NCBI GenBank assembly: GCA_001179505.1
Contig: CDMY01000327.1
Location: forward strand, 55,525 to 119,524
DNA from: Vitrella brassicaformis CCMP3155
Lineage: Eukaryota; Protista; Chromerida
DNA length: 64,000 nt
Reading direction: 5' to 3'
The position numbers and the translations under genes are program-made. The notes under the pieces are model-generated. The model ran no database searches. It saw nothing but the letters and a program-made list of their open reading frames with translations, and was not told the origin of the DNA. Position 1 is the first letter of the stretch. Each line of letters begins with the position of its first letter. Positions 26,282-38,454 of this stretch are shown in pieces.

Positions 26282-29200
26282 TCATGTCAGTCTCCCCTCG
26301 TCTGGCTCTGTGTCCCTCGTCGCCTCAGCCAAGTCAGCACGGAGGGTCGCTAGAAACGAATCTAGCTCCGCCAGGCTCGCCTCAAGATGCTCATAGCTAG
26401 CCACACCACGCCCCTCGCCACCTTGCGTATCGTCGGTGTCCTCCTGGAAGCGAAGGGATCCTTGCACCGATATGCTCAGCAGCTGGGGAGGCTCCAGCGA
26501 TGCATGGCCGTGAGACTCGCCTGCCTGGCCTGACGCCGCCCCGGATCCTTGGGATGGGGGAAGCTCCCGGTCGTCGTGTGTCGGGACGATGTCTGGCGGG
26601 GCCGAGATGGCGGCCGGCGAGTCTCCGGGGTGCCGCAGGGAACGGCCTGGCTCGGCAGATGGCGGCTGGGAAGCCGACTGCTGAACCGCAGCCACGTCGT
26701 TCTTGACACTACGATCAATCTGAAGGAATGGACACACACCCCATCGATGAACGCGACGTGTTCCATCCATCGTGCATTCATCTCAGATTTCGGGTGCGGG
26801 CATGCCATGTGTTGGATGCGATGTGTTGTGTTGGAGTAGTGTTTACTCACTTGTTCCAGCTGGTTGTCAATCTCCGCCAGAAGCCTCTCTATCTGAACAC
26901 ACAAATAAATCAGAGACGGGTGTGGTCGGGTCGCAGCAAGGTGAGGGAACGCGAACTGACTTGTCCTGTCTGTCACTCACCTCCGCTGTCTCTATGCTGG
27001 CAGGTGAGGCCTCGTCTCCCTGGCCAACACGACCCCACTGCCCGGCTCCCACCCCACCCGACACATCCCCGTGCACACTGGCCGGCAGCGAAGGGGAAGG
27101 AGCCTGTACCGGCGGTTGGGGAAGAGCCACACGGACCTGAACACCGGATGCTGCTGTATGGTCCGCACTCGTCGTCACATCCCCATGGGCCATCCTCTCC
27201 CTGTCCTGCGGCCTCTGCTTGTCCTCCTGATCGGCGGCACGCTTGACTCTGCGGCGCTGCTTCGGAAGTGGCACTCCCACGCCCGCACCCGCACGCACGC
27301 CTACACCCACATCAGCACCTTTCTTGTGAGAAGACTTGACGGCGGCCTCCTCCGCGGCCGACTTGCCCTGGACAGGCCGCTTCGTCTTGTGTGTCTGGGG
27401 AGGTGCCCGCACCCCTACAGCCGACAGGTGACTCGGATACCTCCCGTTTGTCGCCTCCGCGGCCGTCTTGCCCCCCACGTTGTATGTCTGTGCGATCGTT
27501 CTGGCCTTTGGCGGGGCGCTGCCTGCCTGAGGCGCTTTGGTGGTGGCTGCCGGTCGCGTGGCCTTGGGAGCAGATGAAGGACGGGTGGATGCAGGACGCA
27601 CCGTGGTCTTGGGGCGCCTGGGGACGATGCGCAAGGGGGAGGACGGAGGGGGTGGCGGAGGCCGAAGACTGGGACCACCAGTTGACGGGCGAGCAGGGGG
27701 TGGGGGCGCCTTCGCCTTGAGATCCCTCGTTCGTCGATTGGCATCATAGCGCGGTCGGTCCGATGGGGTCTGCGCCCGCTTCTCCCTGGGCAGCTGTGGC
27801 ACGGGCAGCTGCCCGGACATGCTCTGGCCTCCCTGACCCGCCTCTCTCCTGACCGGCACACTAGCGGCGCTCCTGCGGGGATCCGATAGACGCTGCGCCG
27901 CGGTCTGGTGTCCCTTCAGTGGCTGGATGGGCTTGCCCGCCGTCTGTGGTGTGGACCTCGCACTGGCTGGCCGTGGTCTGCTGAGAGAAAGGTCTCCCTG
28001 CAGGGGCACGGCAGACTTGCCTCCAGCCAGCCCAACGCCCGACAGCCCTCTCACATGCGCCAACACTGGGACCGCCGCCTTAGCCGACGAGGTGGGGACG
28101 GAGGGGCCCCGACACGACGACGGACGAGCGGGCGAAATCAGGTTGAGGTGCGACTTCTGGATCAGCGGTGAGAAGATAGGGAGCCCAGGGATGCTGGCAG
28201 GGGTGAGAGAACGGGGAAGGACGGTGGATTGACTGGGCTGCGCAGGGACGCCCATCACCACTGTGTCGCGGCGGAGGACCGGCAAAGAGTGGGAGCGAAT
28301 GAGGGGACCTCGGGAAGCCGACGACACAGGAGGCTGAGAGGGGCCGGCCACCGCCGCGGTGACAGTCCCGGACGCCCGCGCAGGCTGAGTTTGTGGCTCT
28401 ACTCTCGTCAAATCCTCCACCTGCACTCCCTGCTCCTTCACGGCTTTGCTCGGCGCCTTCCGCACTGCCTTCTTGGCACCCCGACCCGCAGCCTTGCCCA
28501 CCACCCTGCCGCCCTTCTTGGCCTCAGCAACCACCTTCCGACGGTCGTCCGATTTGCTGTCCACCCACCGAATGCCCTCTAGGCCAGCACCAGCAGAACC
28601 CTCGCGCGCTGTGACGTCAACGCTTGCCATGTCGGTGGAAACAGATGGCGCAGGGCGAGCCGGCTCTGCGGCTGCGACCCGGGCCTTACAGGGCGCGGGG
28701 GGCCAGAACAGGCCTTCGGGGGAGCGGCTGTGACGGTGATATGGGAGGTGTGACGGCCAAGGTGCGTCCAGATCGACGATTTTTCTACCTGAAAAAGGAA
28801 ACAGGACAGAAGAATCATCACAGACGGTAATCCTTCGCGTGTCCTTTTCAGTGACCGAGTAGAGCGTCCTTGGATTGGGGGTTTGCGTCGTCGGCGCCGG
28901 CAGCTGGCCGCACGGGCGTCGGGCTGCACAGCACGGTCCTTCCCGCTGCCCTCAGACTTGCATGCGGAGGCTTGGTGAGGGCAGTGAACGATTGTCCAGT
29001 GGCCGCCACTCCTCTAGGACGCTCGCCATCCATCAGGTGGTCCACGTGCGTCAGAGGCCGCCCCTTGTCTTGATCCAACCCCAGCTGAGCATCCGACACA
29101 TGCATGCCTCGGTAAGCTGCCTCTCCCGCCAGACGCAAGCTCTCCCTGGGGTGGTCCAACATCCGATGCCTCTCATGACTATCAGCGGCAGCCGAGGACG

Positions 29201-29492
29201 GCCGTTTCGCCCTGTCGGGGAGCTCATCGCTCCAGTAAGGCTGCTCAAACTCCACACGTCCGCCAGCGGTGGTCAGCGGGAGCACTCCACCGCTCTCGTA
29301 TCTCCGCGACGACACCAGCGGCCTCACAGCGTCACCTCTTTCGACGTTTCGCACCGGCGAGGGCGGCATGAGAGGCATAGTCGACGTCAAGACCGGTGAT
29401 GCGGGCAGTTCATGAGCCGGTGCTACATCTGGTGCAGGCTGGAGGATGAATCGGCGGTGCAGCTCGGGAGGGGACTGGAGATTGCCCAACAT
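26282..29492 (-). CDS. Large disordered Pro/Arg/Ala-rich protein with C-terminal helical segments
   Basis: Long open exons (provided 230-aa and 587-aa ORFs) linked by GT-AG introns; terminal helices IERLLAEIDNQLEQ and LEASLAELDSFLATLRADL. No recognisable family. Confidence 0.6.
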
Positions 29493-29588
29493 CACGCTTC
29501 TCTGTGCCCTCCGCTGTGAGCCGGTTACGCGGCGATTCACCCTAACTCCCGGAGGTCCTATGGGATTGTTTCGCTGACACGTGCTTTG

Positions 29589-31518
29589 ATGATGGCGATT
29601 GGTGAATTGATTTCGCTCTTTGCGCCCGCCCTGTCGATGGTGATGGGCACATTTCTATCGTTCTGCATCGCCCCCTCACACCAGGCGCTATCGCTTGTCC
29701 AGGTAAGACAAGACAACAGTCAGATCCACGCCTATCCAATGCAGCCATGATCCAATGAAAGCAGCAATGGATGCATCTTGTCCTTACTTTGCCTTTGGGT
29801 GCCTGCAGTACTTCGCTGCGGGTGTGATCTTTGCTGCTGCTGGTGCTGAGCTGGTGCCCAAGGTGCTTCGCGTCCATCCGCCTACCCCTGCCGGCGAGAT
29901 CCCCGCGCCAGCGTGGCAGCAGACGCTTGTGGTGTGCGTCAGCTTCCTCGTCGGCATATCGGCTATGCTGGCTATCAAGGAGCTGTGCAAGCCAGAGGAG
30001 GGCGAGCAGGAGAAGGAGAAGCCGCCCCAGCGACCAGCTTCACAGGTGGGAGAGCCCACATCCGCGGAGACGCCTTCCGTCCTACCGCTCGAACGGACAC
30101 GGAGCGAGCCGTCGCTGGCACTCGTCACCCCCGCTGCCCGGGTCATCAAGGTGGAGAGGCGCAAATCCTACCTAAAGAACGCCATCGAGGCGTGGGAGCT
30201 ATGCAAGAGCTGCCAGCACCAGGGCTACTGTGCGCTGGCGGCTGAGCGTCTCAAGCAGCGGCAGAAGGCGAAAGCGAGGGCTGTCAGGGGCGACCTGAAG
30301 GAGAACCTGCTGGGCCAAGAAGACGACACAGAGGGGGATGTTGAGGACGGCGAGACGCCCCATGCTCAGTACGCGCCCGGCAAGGGGCCGAACTGCCCAC
30401 CTGGCGGCTGCGCAACGTGTCCAAACTACAAGCCCGTGGTGCCACGGATCAAGGAAGAGGCCATCCCTCACTCTCTCGACCACCTCTCCGCTCAACAGCA
30501 CTATGCGCACCCGCACCTTGATGTGGCAGTCGACGTGCTGGGGAGGCCCTCTCGTGCTCTGAGTGTGCCTCACTCCGACTTGATGGAGGAGGAAGACTTG
30601 CCCTCGCCGGACATCGATAGGACCACATCAGTCCCCCACAACGGCCGAGGTCAGTCCGTCACGGCTCGCCTTGTCGACTCGAAGCTGGACTCAATCAACA
30701 CGCCCACAGACGGCGTGACGATCGATGCTCAACACTCTCCGCCGGCAAAGGCGCGTGCGGTCATGAAGAACAAGACGGCGCCCATTGAGGAGGAGGAGGC
30801 GGCTGTCTCGTCAACTTCACCGATCGGCGGGTCGTTCATTGGGCTGGCTAAGGCCCTGCCGTGGTCTTTCGTGTGTGCGGTGTGCGCGGACGCGATGGCC
30901 GATGGGCTGGCCATCGGGGTGGTGCTGGCGACCAGGTAGGTACACACACATGCATGCACTGTGCACATGCGTCAACAATGGCCTAAGCTTTCTCATGTCT
31001 GCGTGGTCTTGTCTGTCTTCAGCGCGTCAACAGCTGCAGTAATTGCCATTGGCACCAGCCTAGAAATGATGGTGAGTTGCAGAGAGAGGAGAAATGCACG
31101 GCCGCGGCCCGCTTCTATTTTCTATATGTACTCATGTTCATTTCGTTGTGGTCTTCTTTCTTTCTTTCTTTTCTTTCTTCAGTTTGTGGCCTTCACCTTT
31201 TGTCTGACGCTGCAGCCGTACGGCCGGTCTCGCGCACTGGTGACATCGGCGCTGCCGCCCATCCTGCTGGCCCTGACGACCTACCTGGTGGCCAAGTCGG
31301 TGCAGACGATCGAGAGCATGGGCCACGGCCTCGTCTACACCGGCTTGTCGTCATTCGGGCTCGCGGCCCTCCTTTTCCTCGCCACCGACGAGTTGCTGCA
31401 GGAGGCCTATGAGAACCAGAGTGCCGACATCAGCCTGGCCAGCGTCCTCTTTTATCTCGGATTCTTGTTAGTGATCCTGGGGGAGAACCTCACCAAACAG
31501 ATCAGCCCTGTAGACTGA
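29589..31518 (+). CDS. ZIP/ZupT-family metal transporter with a large Cys/His-containing loop
   Basis: TM pattern QYFAAGVIFAAAGAELVP, VSFLVGISAML, long loop, AVCADAMADGLAIG, AIGTSLEMM, SFGLAALLFLATDELLQEA, FYLGFLLVI. Confidence 0.85.
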
Positions 31519-31805
31519 CCGAGGGGTGGATATGCCGGGTGGTGTGTTGTGTTTCCTTCCTCTTCAATGGTGGGCGATGGAGGGCGCGTAGTGTGCTTTC
31601 TTCTGTCTGATGATGTGATGTGGCTGGCTGAGCACTAGAAGATGGACGGACGGGTGTTGTGTTGAGTGATGGGTGATGTGACTTCTGAATGTCTTGTTTG
31701 TGACGACCAGTGACGTGACATGGATCCACTGACATTGCTAAGACAAACAAAGGTCTTCGCGTCTGTACACAGCTACGTCCACACGCCGATGCATCCGTCC
31801 GTTGG

Positions 31806-33263
31806 TCACTCATCCCACATATCATCATGGTTGATGCCTACCACACACGCCTCACCCACACCCCCACCGCCATCCCTTGCACTACCACTCGGCCGCTTCA
31901 CCATCATACACAGCCCTCTCGGCCCCTTGTTCTGCTCAGAAAGGCGGTAGGTCGTCACGTCCCACCCCTCCTCCAGCTCCGCATGCCCCACCGCCACACA
32001 CGTCACCTTGTCGGCCGCAATGTGATGAGCGAAGTAGCTCTTGAACCGATCCGACAGCCCGGCTTCCGAGAAGGGGCCGACGAACGTGTATGGGACGGAG
32101 CTCAGAGAGGGTGAGGGGGGGGCGGGGGGCGTCATTTTGGTGGGCTTGACGAAGCTCTCCTGCGTCAGGATGGCAACGACGCGTGACGCCTCGGTGGTCA
32201 TGTCCCTGAGCACGGCATGGATGGAGTTGTGGATGCCGCGCATGACAGGGATGCCCCCCTGGCTGTTGTGCTCGATGGGTGCGTGGCTGTTGAAGCCCGT
32301 GATGACCACCACCCGCACACAGTGGAGCTTGGGAGGGTACCTCGACAGCACGTCGGCAGGGGGGCTGGGGGTGGATGTAGAAGAGGGGTGGGCGGGGAGC
32401 TGGGGGGTGGTGCGGTGGACCTTCATGAGGGAGTGCAGCTCCCTCAGCCGCGCCAGCAACTCGACGTTGTCGAGGCACCGTGTCATGTGAAACCCACTGC
32501 AATTAACACACACACACACACAGATCAAGGGCCGTCATCGGGCCCAGTGTATTCTGACCTTAGTGCTTGCTGGAGGGTGACAGAGGCTGCGCGGTCCAGT
32601 GATGCGCCGGAGGCAGCACTGCCCTGCGCGCCCACAGACATCCCCGCACGTGCCCACACGTGAGAACACCCTCAGCGGCGACTTTGCCAATCTCTTCACC
32701 TGTGTCTGTGTGGGCTGCGATTGTGATTGGTTGTCCCTTGCATCAAGATGGCCCTGCACTGTCTTGCTGAAGTGGGCACAGTCGAACTTGAGTGCACAAT
32801 CAAACACCGCCACGCCCATTGGCGCCTCTCGGAGGCTGGAGGGCACCAAACACTGCGCCAACAGATGCTGCACGCCACACACAAAGAGAAGGGGAAGTGG
32901 TCATGATCTTAAGAGTGTATGGACGTGGACTGCAATGCCTCACGTAGAGTGCGATATTGACACCGCCGAAGGTCTGTCCATGAAGGAACAGGACAGATCC
33001 AGCCGTCATGCCTCTCCTCCCTTGAACAAACACACACAACGGCAGCATATTGGAGTCCGGTTGCCCGTTTGACATGGTCGTTCTTCACCAACGAGCTGTT
33101 TGAGCCCCGGCACCTCCGGCTTGATGGCTATCTGTGTGTTGTGGAAGAGATCTTTGGCCGTTTCGTCATAGCTAACGCGGGAACGGCTCGGCGGGGCGGC
33201 AATCACTGCCGCTTGAAGGGCGTCAGCGGCCAGCGCCTCTCCCCCTGCCGCTGCCCTGGCCAT
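31806..33263 (-). CDS. XRCC2: RAD51 paralog XRCC2-like with degenerate Walker motifs
   Basis: Spliced GSVLFLHGQTFGGVNIALY|HLLAQCLVPSSL..VAVFDCALKFDCAHF..HL and FHMTRCLDNVELLARLRELHSLM align by eye to the XRCC2 pattern LYHLTARCILP..FIDTDYHFD and FLVYC....LL.TL.SLE. Confidence 0.7.
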
Positions 33264-33320
33264 CGTGAGGCGTGTAGAAGCGGGGAAAGGATAGAAAATC
33301 TTAGCGAATTTACGACGAGA

Positions 33321-33338
33321 CAAACCCGCAAACCCTAG
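33321..33338 (+). promoter_or_regulatory. Telo-box-like GCAAACCCTAG in the XRCC2 divergent spacer
   Basis: caaacccgcaaaccctag. Confidence 0.4.
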
Positions 33339-33774
33339 CGATTTCCTAGTCTTTGATTTCGCTCCTATGCGGTGTTGGAGATTATCGTGCTGCCCGCTTA
33401 GCCCATCTCTTTTCCAAGGACTCACAACATCCATCCATCCACCCACCACTTTTCTCTCCAAGAGAGATTCATCACGACCGTCTTAAGTACAGTCCTTGAT
33501 GTCCGCGCCCGGATGGTTTGGTGTAACTGCTGTCGTCTTGTGTGCCGCATTTTCCCGTGGGAGAGTGTGTGATGCCTGCCTACCTACCTGCCTGCCTGGA
33601 TGGATGGATGGATGGATGGATGGATGTTGGACGACAAGGCGGCCTGTCGAGATCCGTTGACGACAGAAGGAGGTAAGGCACGGGTGGATGGAAGGAAACG
33701 ATGGTTCCATCCATCGCTTCTTTCTTTCTGTGTGCATTCAAGGTGCGACCTTCTTCTCTGGCCTGTTAGCAACG

Positions 33775-35763
33775 ATGGCCGCCGCGAGCAGCAGCCGCAC
33801 AAATGATGAAATAGAACACAAGATGAGGGCCATGGCTGGCTTCGCTGCCCTGCGACGCCGACAGGCTCAGAGCCCTCAAGGCGAGGGCCGGGCAGAAGGA
33901 CTGGCGGAAGCAGCTGAAGCAAATCAAGACCAGTCTGAACAACAACGTGGAGGCGTCAGTCCGCGGCTCCATCAACCTGGACAAGAAGGACACGAAAACA
34001 GCCGACGTCGCATACGTGCGACAGGTCAGTCGGGCGCTGGATCGATTCACCTCACCCACACCACCACTGCGTGTGCATCTCCCTGTCATGGTTCAGTACA
34101 CCTGCAGAGACAACCATGGCGAGCCCTCCCTTTTGGCGTGCGCTGGCACCACTCATGATATCTATGGAAGGTATCGCAGATGCACACCCGATACTCTGTC
34201 TATTAGACTGTCCATATCATACCTCAGATGTCAGGAATATGACTCAGACGAGATTCGGGCGGCTAAGCATGCGGTGGACGGCGAGGGCGAGGGGCCCCGT
34301 CCAGACCCGGCCACTGCGGTGCGTGCCATGGCCAGGGCACAGATCGACCACGAGGACCACATGCAGATGGGCATCGTCCACGCGGTCACCATCCCACCAC
34401 ACGACCGCCCGTCTCAGGTCGCCGAAGGACTGCAACAACATGACAGAGCTGTGCATCAATCGAGCCCTGGAGCGCAACGACGCCCACACTGACACAGCAC
34501 GGCATGGATCGCAAGGATCACACGGTACACACTGACACAGCTCGACCACCGGCACAAAATGCCCATGTGTTGGTCTCATGTCTGCCTGGGTGGGTGGTGG
34601 TGTTTGATCAGACGATGGGGTGCCTCATGATGGCAGAGCTCAACGGGTCGCTGAAGAAGCGCGACGAGAACGCCATGCGCATGGTCTACAACGTCGGTCG
34701 CTCCGTCGTCAAAGCAGCACCTACACACCATCACTCTGTCTATGCATGTCGTTTCTGTCAGCTTGGAGCCGTGCTAGACAGGGCACGCGCTTGCATCCAC
34801 CCCGTCACCGGTGTCCTGCCGCCACAGATTGCCGAGCTCACCATCGCACAGTTCATGGGCGAGGCCGATAAGGTACACACACAGAGAGAGAGAGAGAGTG
34901 AGAGGGCGGAGGTGCGAAGCCGTGCTGTTGTGTGTGTGTGCCGTCAGGTGAGGTCAAGGGTCCTCACGATCATGCGTAAGGTGGCGGCGCGGATGCGCAC
35001 AGACCGCATCATTTCGCTGACGGACGTCGACCCAGTAAAGGGCACTGACAAGGTGCGCAGTCGATACATTATACCTTTCCATCTCTCTCTCTCTCTCTGT
35101 GTGCGTCCGCGTGTGTGTGTGTGTGTGTGTTCAGGCGCCTTTGTCACGTCCAGCGAGACGACCATCCCCGTGTGGCGGGCGGCACCTTCGTGCGTGCTCT
35201 TCGCGACGCCCAGCAGCAGGCGCCACCCCCCCGACACACCACCAGCAGCAGCAGGGTGGTGCGGCTCCCTCCACGGCGAGCCCACACGCACAGGACTGCC
35301 GGTCATCCTGTCCCGTCCCCCAGCCCTACACAGCAGGATGGCCACAAACCAGCAGGCAGCCCCCCCTCCCCCCCCCAACACACACACACAGAGACACACA
35401 CGCCTCACACGCCTCACACGTATGCTTTGGATGGATGTGTGTGTGCAGGGCGGGGGCGTCTCGTCCCTGACCCACGGCTATGAAGGCCATGATGGTCAGC
35501 CGGCAAGACAGAAAGAGAGACGAGTCCATCAATGAATCCTCTTTGTCTATACGCCACTGTATGTACTTACTGCAGATGACGCCCACCAGTCGCCGTCGCA
35601 TGCTGCCGGTGCTGCTGCCCCTGCTGCTGCCGCTGCGCCCTTCATTCCCTCTGCCAATTTGGCGCCCGGCCCGGCCCCGAGCGTGGCGCCCAGAAGGAAA
35701 AGGAACAAGAGGAACCGGGCCAAGAGGGGCGGCGGGGCACAGGCCCAGACCGACGCCCCCTAG
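33775..35763 (+). CDS. Hypothetical multi-exon protein with an apparent frame break near 33853
   Basis: High-GC3 coding exons (DWRKQLKQIKT.., HEDHMQMGIVH.., LMMAELNGSLKK.., RSRVLTIMRKVAAR..); terminal exon ends RRKRNKRNRAKRGG..DAP* at 35763. Confidence 0.55.
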
Positions 35764-35764
35764 G

Positions 35765-35878
35765 CTAAGGGGAGGTAGGAGGGTGGAGGGAGGGTAGGGA
35801 GAGAGGGTAGAGGTGGAGGGGAGGGAGAGAGGGGAGGGAGAGAGGGGAGGGAGAGAGGGGAGGGAGAGAGGGGAGACT
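35765..35878 (+). repeat. Polypurine GGA/GA tract
   Basis: Almost pure G/A run directly after the stop codon at 35763. Confidence 0.9.
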
Positions 35879-35976
35879 CACACACGCAGAGAGAGTTGAT
35901 ACACAGACAGAAGCCTGCACACGCTTGTGCGCGTCGATGTGTGTGTGTGTGTGTGTCTGTGTGTGTGTGTGTGCAG

Positions 35977-38010
35977 CCTTCCCGGGTGACGTCAAGGCGC
36001 TCTACCGCCGCGCAAAGGCCCACATGTTCGAGTCCGACCTCAAGGCCGCCGCCGCCGACATCCAGGCCGCACTCGCCATCGAGCCGGCCAACACCGACAT
36101 ACGTGGCCTCTACAACAAAATCCGCGACAAAATACAGTGAGTGCAGTGCTGAGCACACCACCGACAGAGACAGGGACATGGGTGTGGTGGCTCATGGCAT
36201 GTGTGTGTGTGTGTGTGTGGTGCAGGGGGTCCCGATCTCTGCCCGACAAAGCTGGCGAGCTCGCCCAACAGACCGCCGCCGCCACCACGACAAAGAAGGC
36301 ACGGAACAGACGAACCACATCACACACGTTGATAGACAGGGAGAGATGTAGGCCATGGGTGTGTTGTGTCGTGACATGTGTTGTGTGTGTGTCAGAAACT
36401 GATGAAGGACCTCTATCAATGCCAGCAGGACTTCCTGGCGGTGATACGGAGGGAGGAGGACAGGTGGACAAAAGAGGTGCAGAAGGCATGCCTCAACCAG
36501 CTGGGGAAGGCATCCCTCGACCGGACCCCGCACCCGCCACTCACCGCGTTGGCCGAGTGCATCCAGGAGCAGAAGAAGGTGCTCGAAGAGGTGAACGAGA
36601 TCTGTCGCCGCTCTTCTTCCAGTGACCTGACGTCGGCAGCGGCCACACGCGAGGTCAGGGGGAGAAAGGGTAAATATGTCACCGACAGGATGGCTCACAC
36701 TCTTGTGATGATGCAGTCCGGGCACTTCCGCTTCTGGCTCGAAGGATACTTCCTCGAGGAGAGGCCGATGCACCGCTATGTCACCAAAGAGGTCAGATCA
36801 CCCATGCACACAGATACAGACAGAACGAGCAGGCCTTGTGTTGTTCGATGCGATGCACGCCTCAGGTGGTGGCTCTGGCCAGCCCGATTGGCCGGATGTT
36901 GGCGGCGGGCGTGCTGCCGGGGTGCGACGGGCTGACGAACAAGGCCAAGGAGGTGTTAGCGGTGGTGGAGGAAGAGGACGAGTTGGCGGAACAGAAGGCC
37001 AAAGAAGACAACGTACACCGGTATGTATGAATGGATCACACATATCATAGACACACATGACGGACGCATGTATGATGGATGCGATGCCCCTACCTGTGTG
37101 TGTGTGTGTCTGCCTATCTATCTATCAGAACGGTGTGTTCTCCCATTGTCGGAGGGAAGCTGTACGTGGCGGGCTACCGCGTCGCAAGCAGCAAGGCGGT
37201 CAGCGAGTGCGAAAGAAGCAGCAACACTTGTGTGTCTTTCCTGCCTCTCATTCCTGTGTATGTGGCTGGGCTGATGCATGCACGCCGCGCACGTGTGAAT
37301 GAATGGATCAATACAACAGTCCTTGGATGCTGCTGGGATCACGCACATCATAAACGCCGCTGCTGACGTGTGTGGCAGCCCCTTCCCCGACAAATACCAC
37401 TACCTCAACTACTTCCTGAAGGCAAGCCAAACCAAACGCTCCCTACACACACGACAGGCACAGAGAGATAGATGAGGCACGCCAGGCCACGCACATGTGT
37501 TCCTATGGCAATCAATCATCAGGACACCAAGACCGAGGAGATCAGCGTCTTCTTTTACAAGACCATGGAGTGGATACAGAACGCCATTGTCCATGGGGGT
37601 CGCGTCCTCGTACACTGCAGAGAGGGTGAGTAAGTACACCAAGGAAGGAACAAGGAAGGAACAAGGAAGGAAACAAACGAACGAATATGGATGGGATGGC
37701 ATTCCTTCGTCTCACACAGGTGTGTCGCGGTCCGCCACCCTTGCCACGGCCTATCTGATGTGGAGCCGAAAGTTGTCCTTCCAGGCGGCATACGAGGCTG
37801 TGAGCAGCACATGACATTACACAACACGACACAACTCGCACCATAGCAAGGCAGACAGGAACTGATGAATGAATAGATGGATGGATGGATGCTTTGATGC
37901 TTGCTTGCAAACCAGATTCGGGCGTGCAGCTCATCCCCATGAACGCGGCAGGCGGTGCCAGGTACTGCAATATCAGCCTGGCCTTCTACAATCCTCTTGT
38001 GGAGGAGCTG
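35977..38010 (+). CDS. TPR motif + dual-specificity (MKP-like) protein phosphatase; 5' end unresolved, 3' end approximate
   Basis: TPR exon FPGDVKALYRRAKAH..DIQAALAIEPAN. DSP domain CSPIVGGKLYVAG..ITHIINAAADVC..EEISVFFY..GGRVLVHCREG|VSRSATLATAYLMW carries the catalytic HCxxGxSRS motif. Confidence 0.8.
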
Positions 38011-38454
38011 CAGGTGTAGTATGCACACACACAATACACCCGCTCTGGTCAAATGTACGCGTGTGTGTTTGTGTGTATGTATGGGTGTCTTGGTCATGGT
38101 CGGTCGGACAGCAGGGCAGCAGAGACGGCAGAGCAATGCGGCAAGAAAGGGCAGCAATCGCTGCTTACATTTTATATTGGTTATCTTGGACGCACTACAT
38201 CACACCAACACGTGCAGAGACACTGCGTGCTCACTGCACTGCAGACACACATACATGGTTGGGGATCTGCTGTGGACTCACACGCTATTGAATCGTGCAA
38301 GAGCGCAAAACATTCACGATCAGTCGAATGCTCATGAGTTCGTCGACGCAGAGACACAGCAACGAAAGCGACAGAGGCTCATTCTGCTTTCTAGATCGAT
38401 GCAATCCATCTGTCTGTCCAGCAATGCTCAGACTGCGGTATACACACACATTTC

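Noticed and set aside
36299-36395. GC-AG intron in the TPR-phosphatase gene
   Set aside because: An in-frame GT donor further downstream (TGG|GTGTGT) works equally well.
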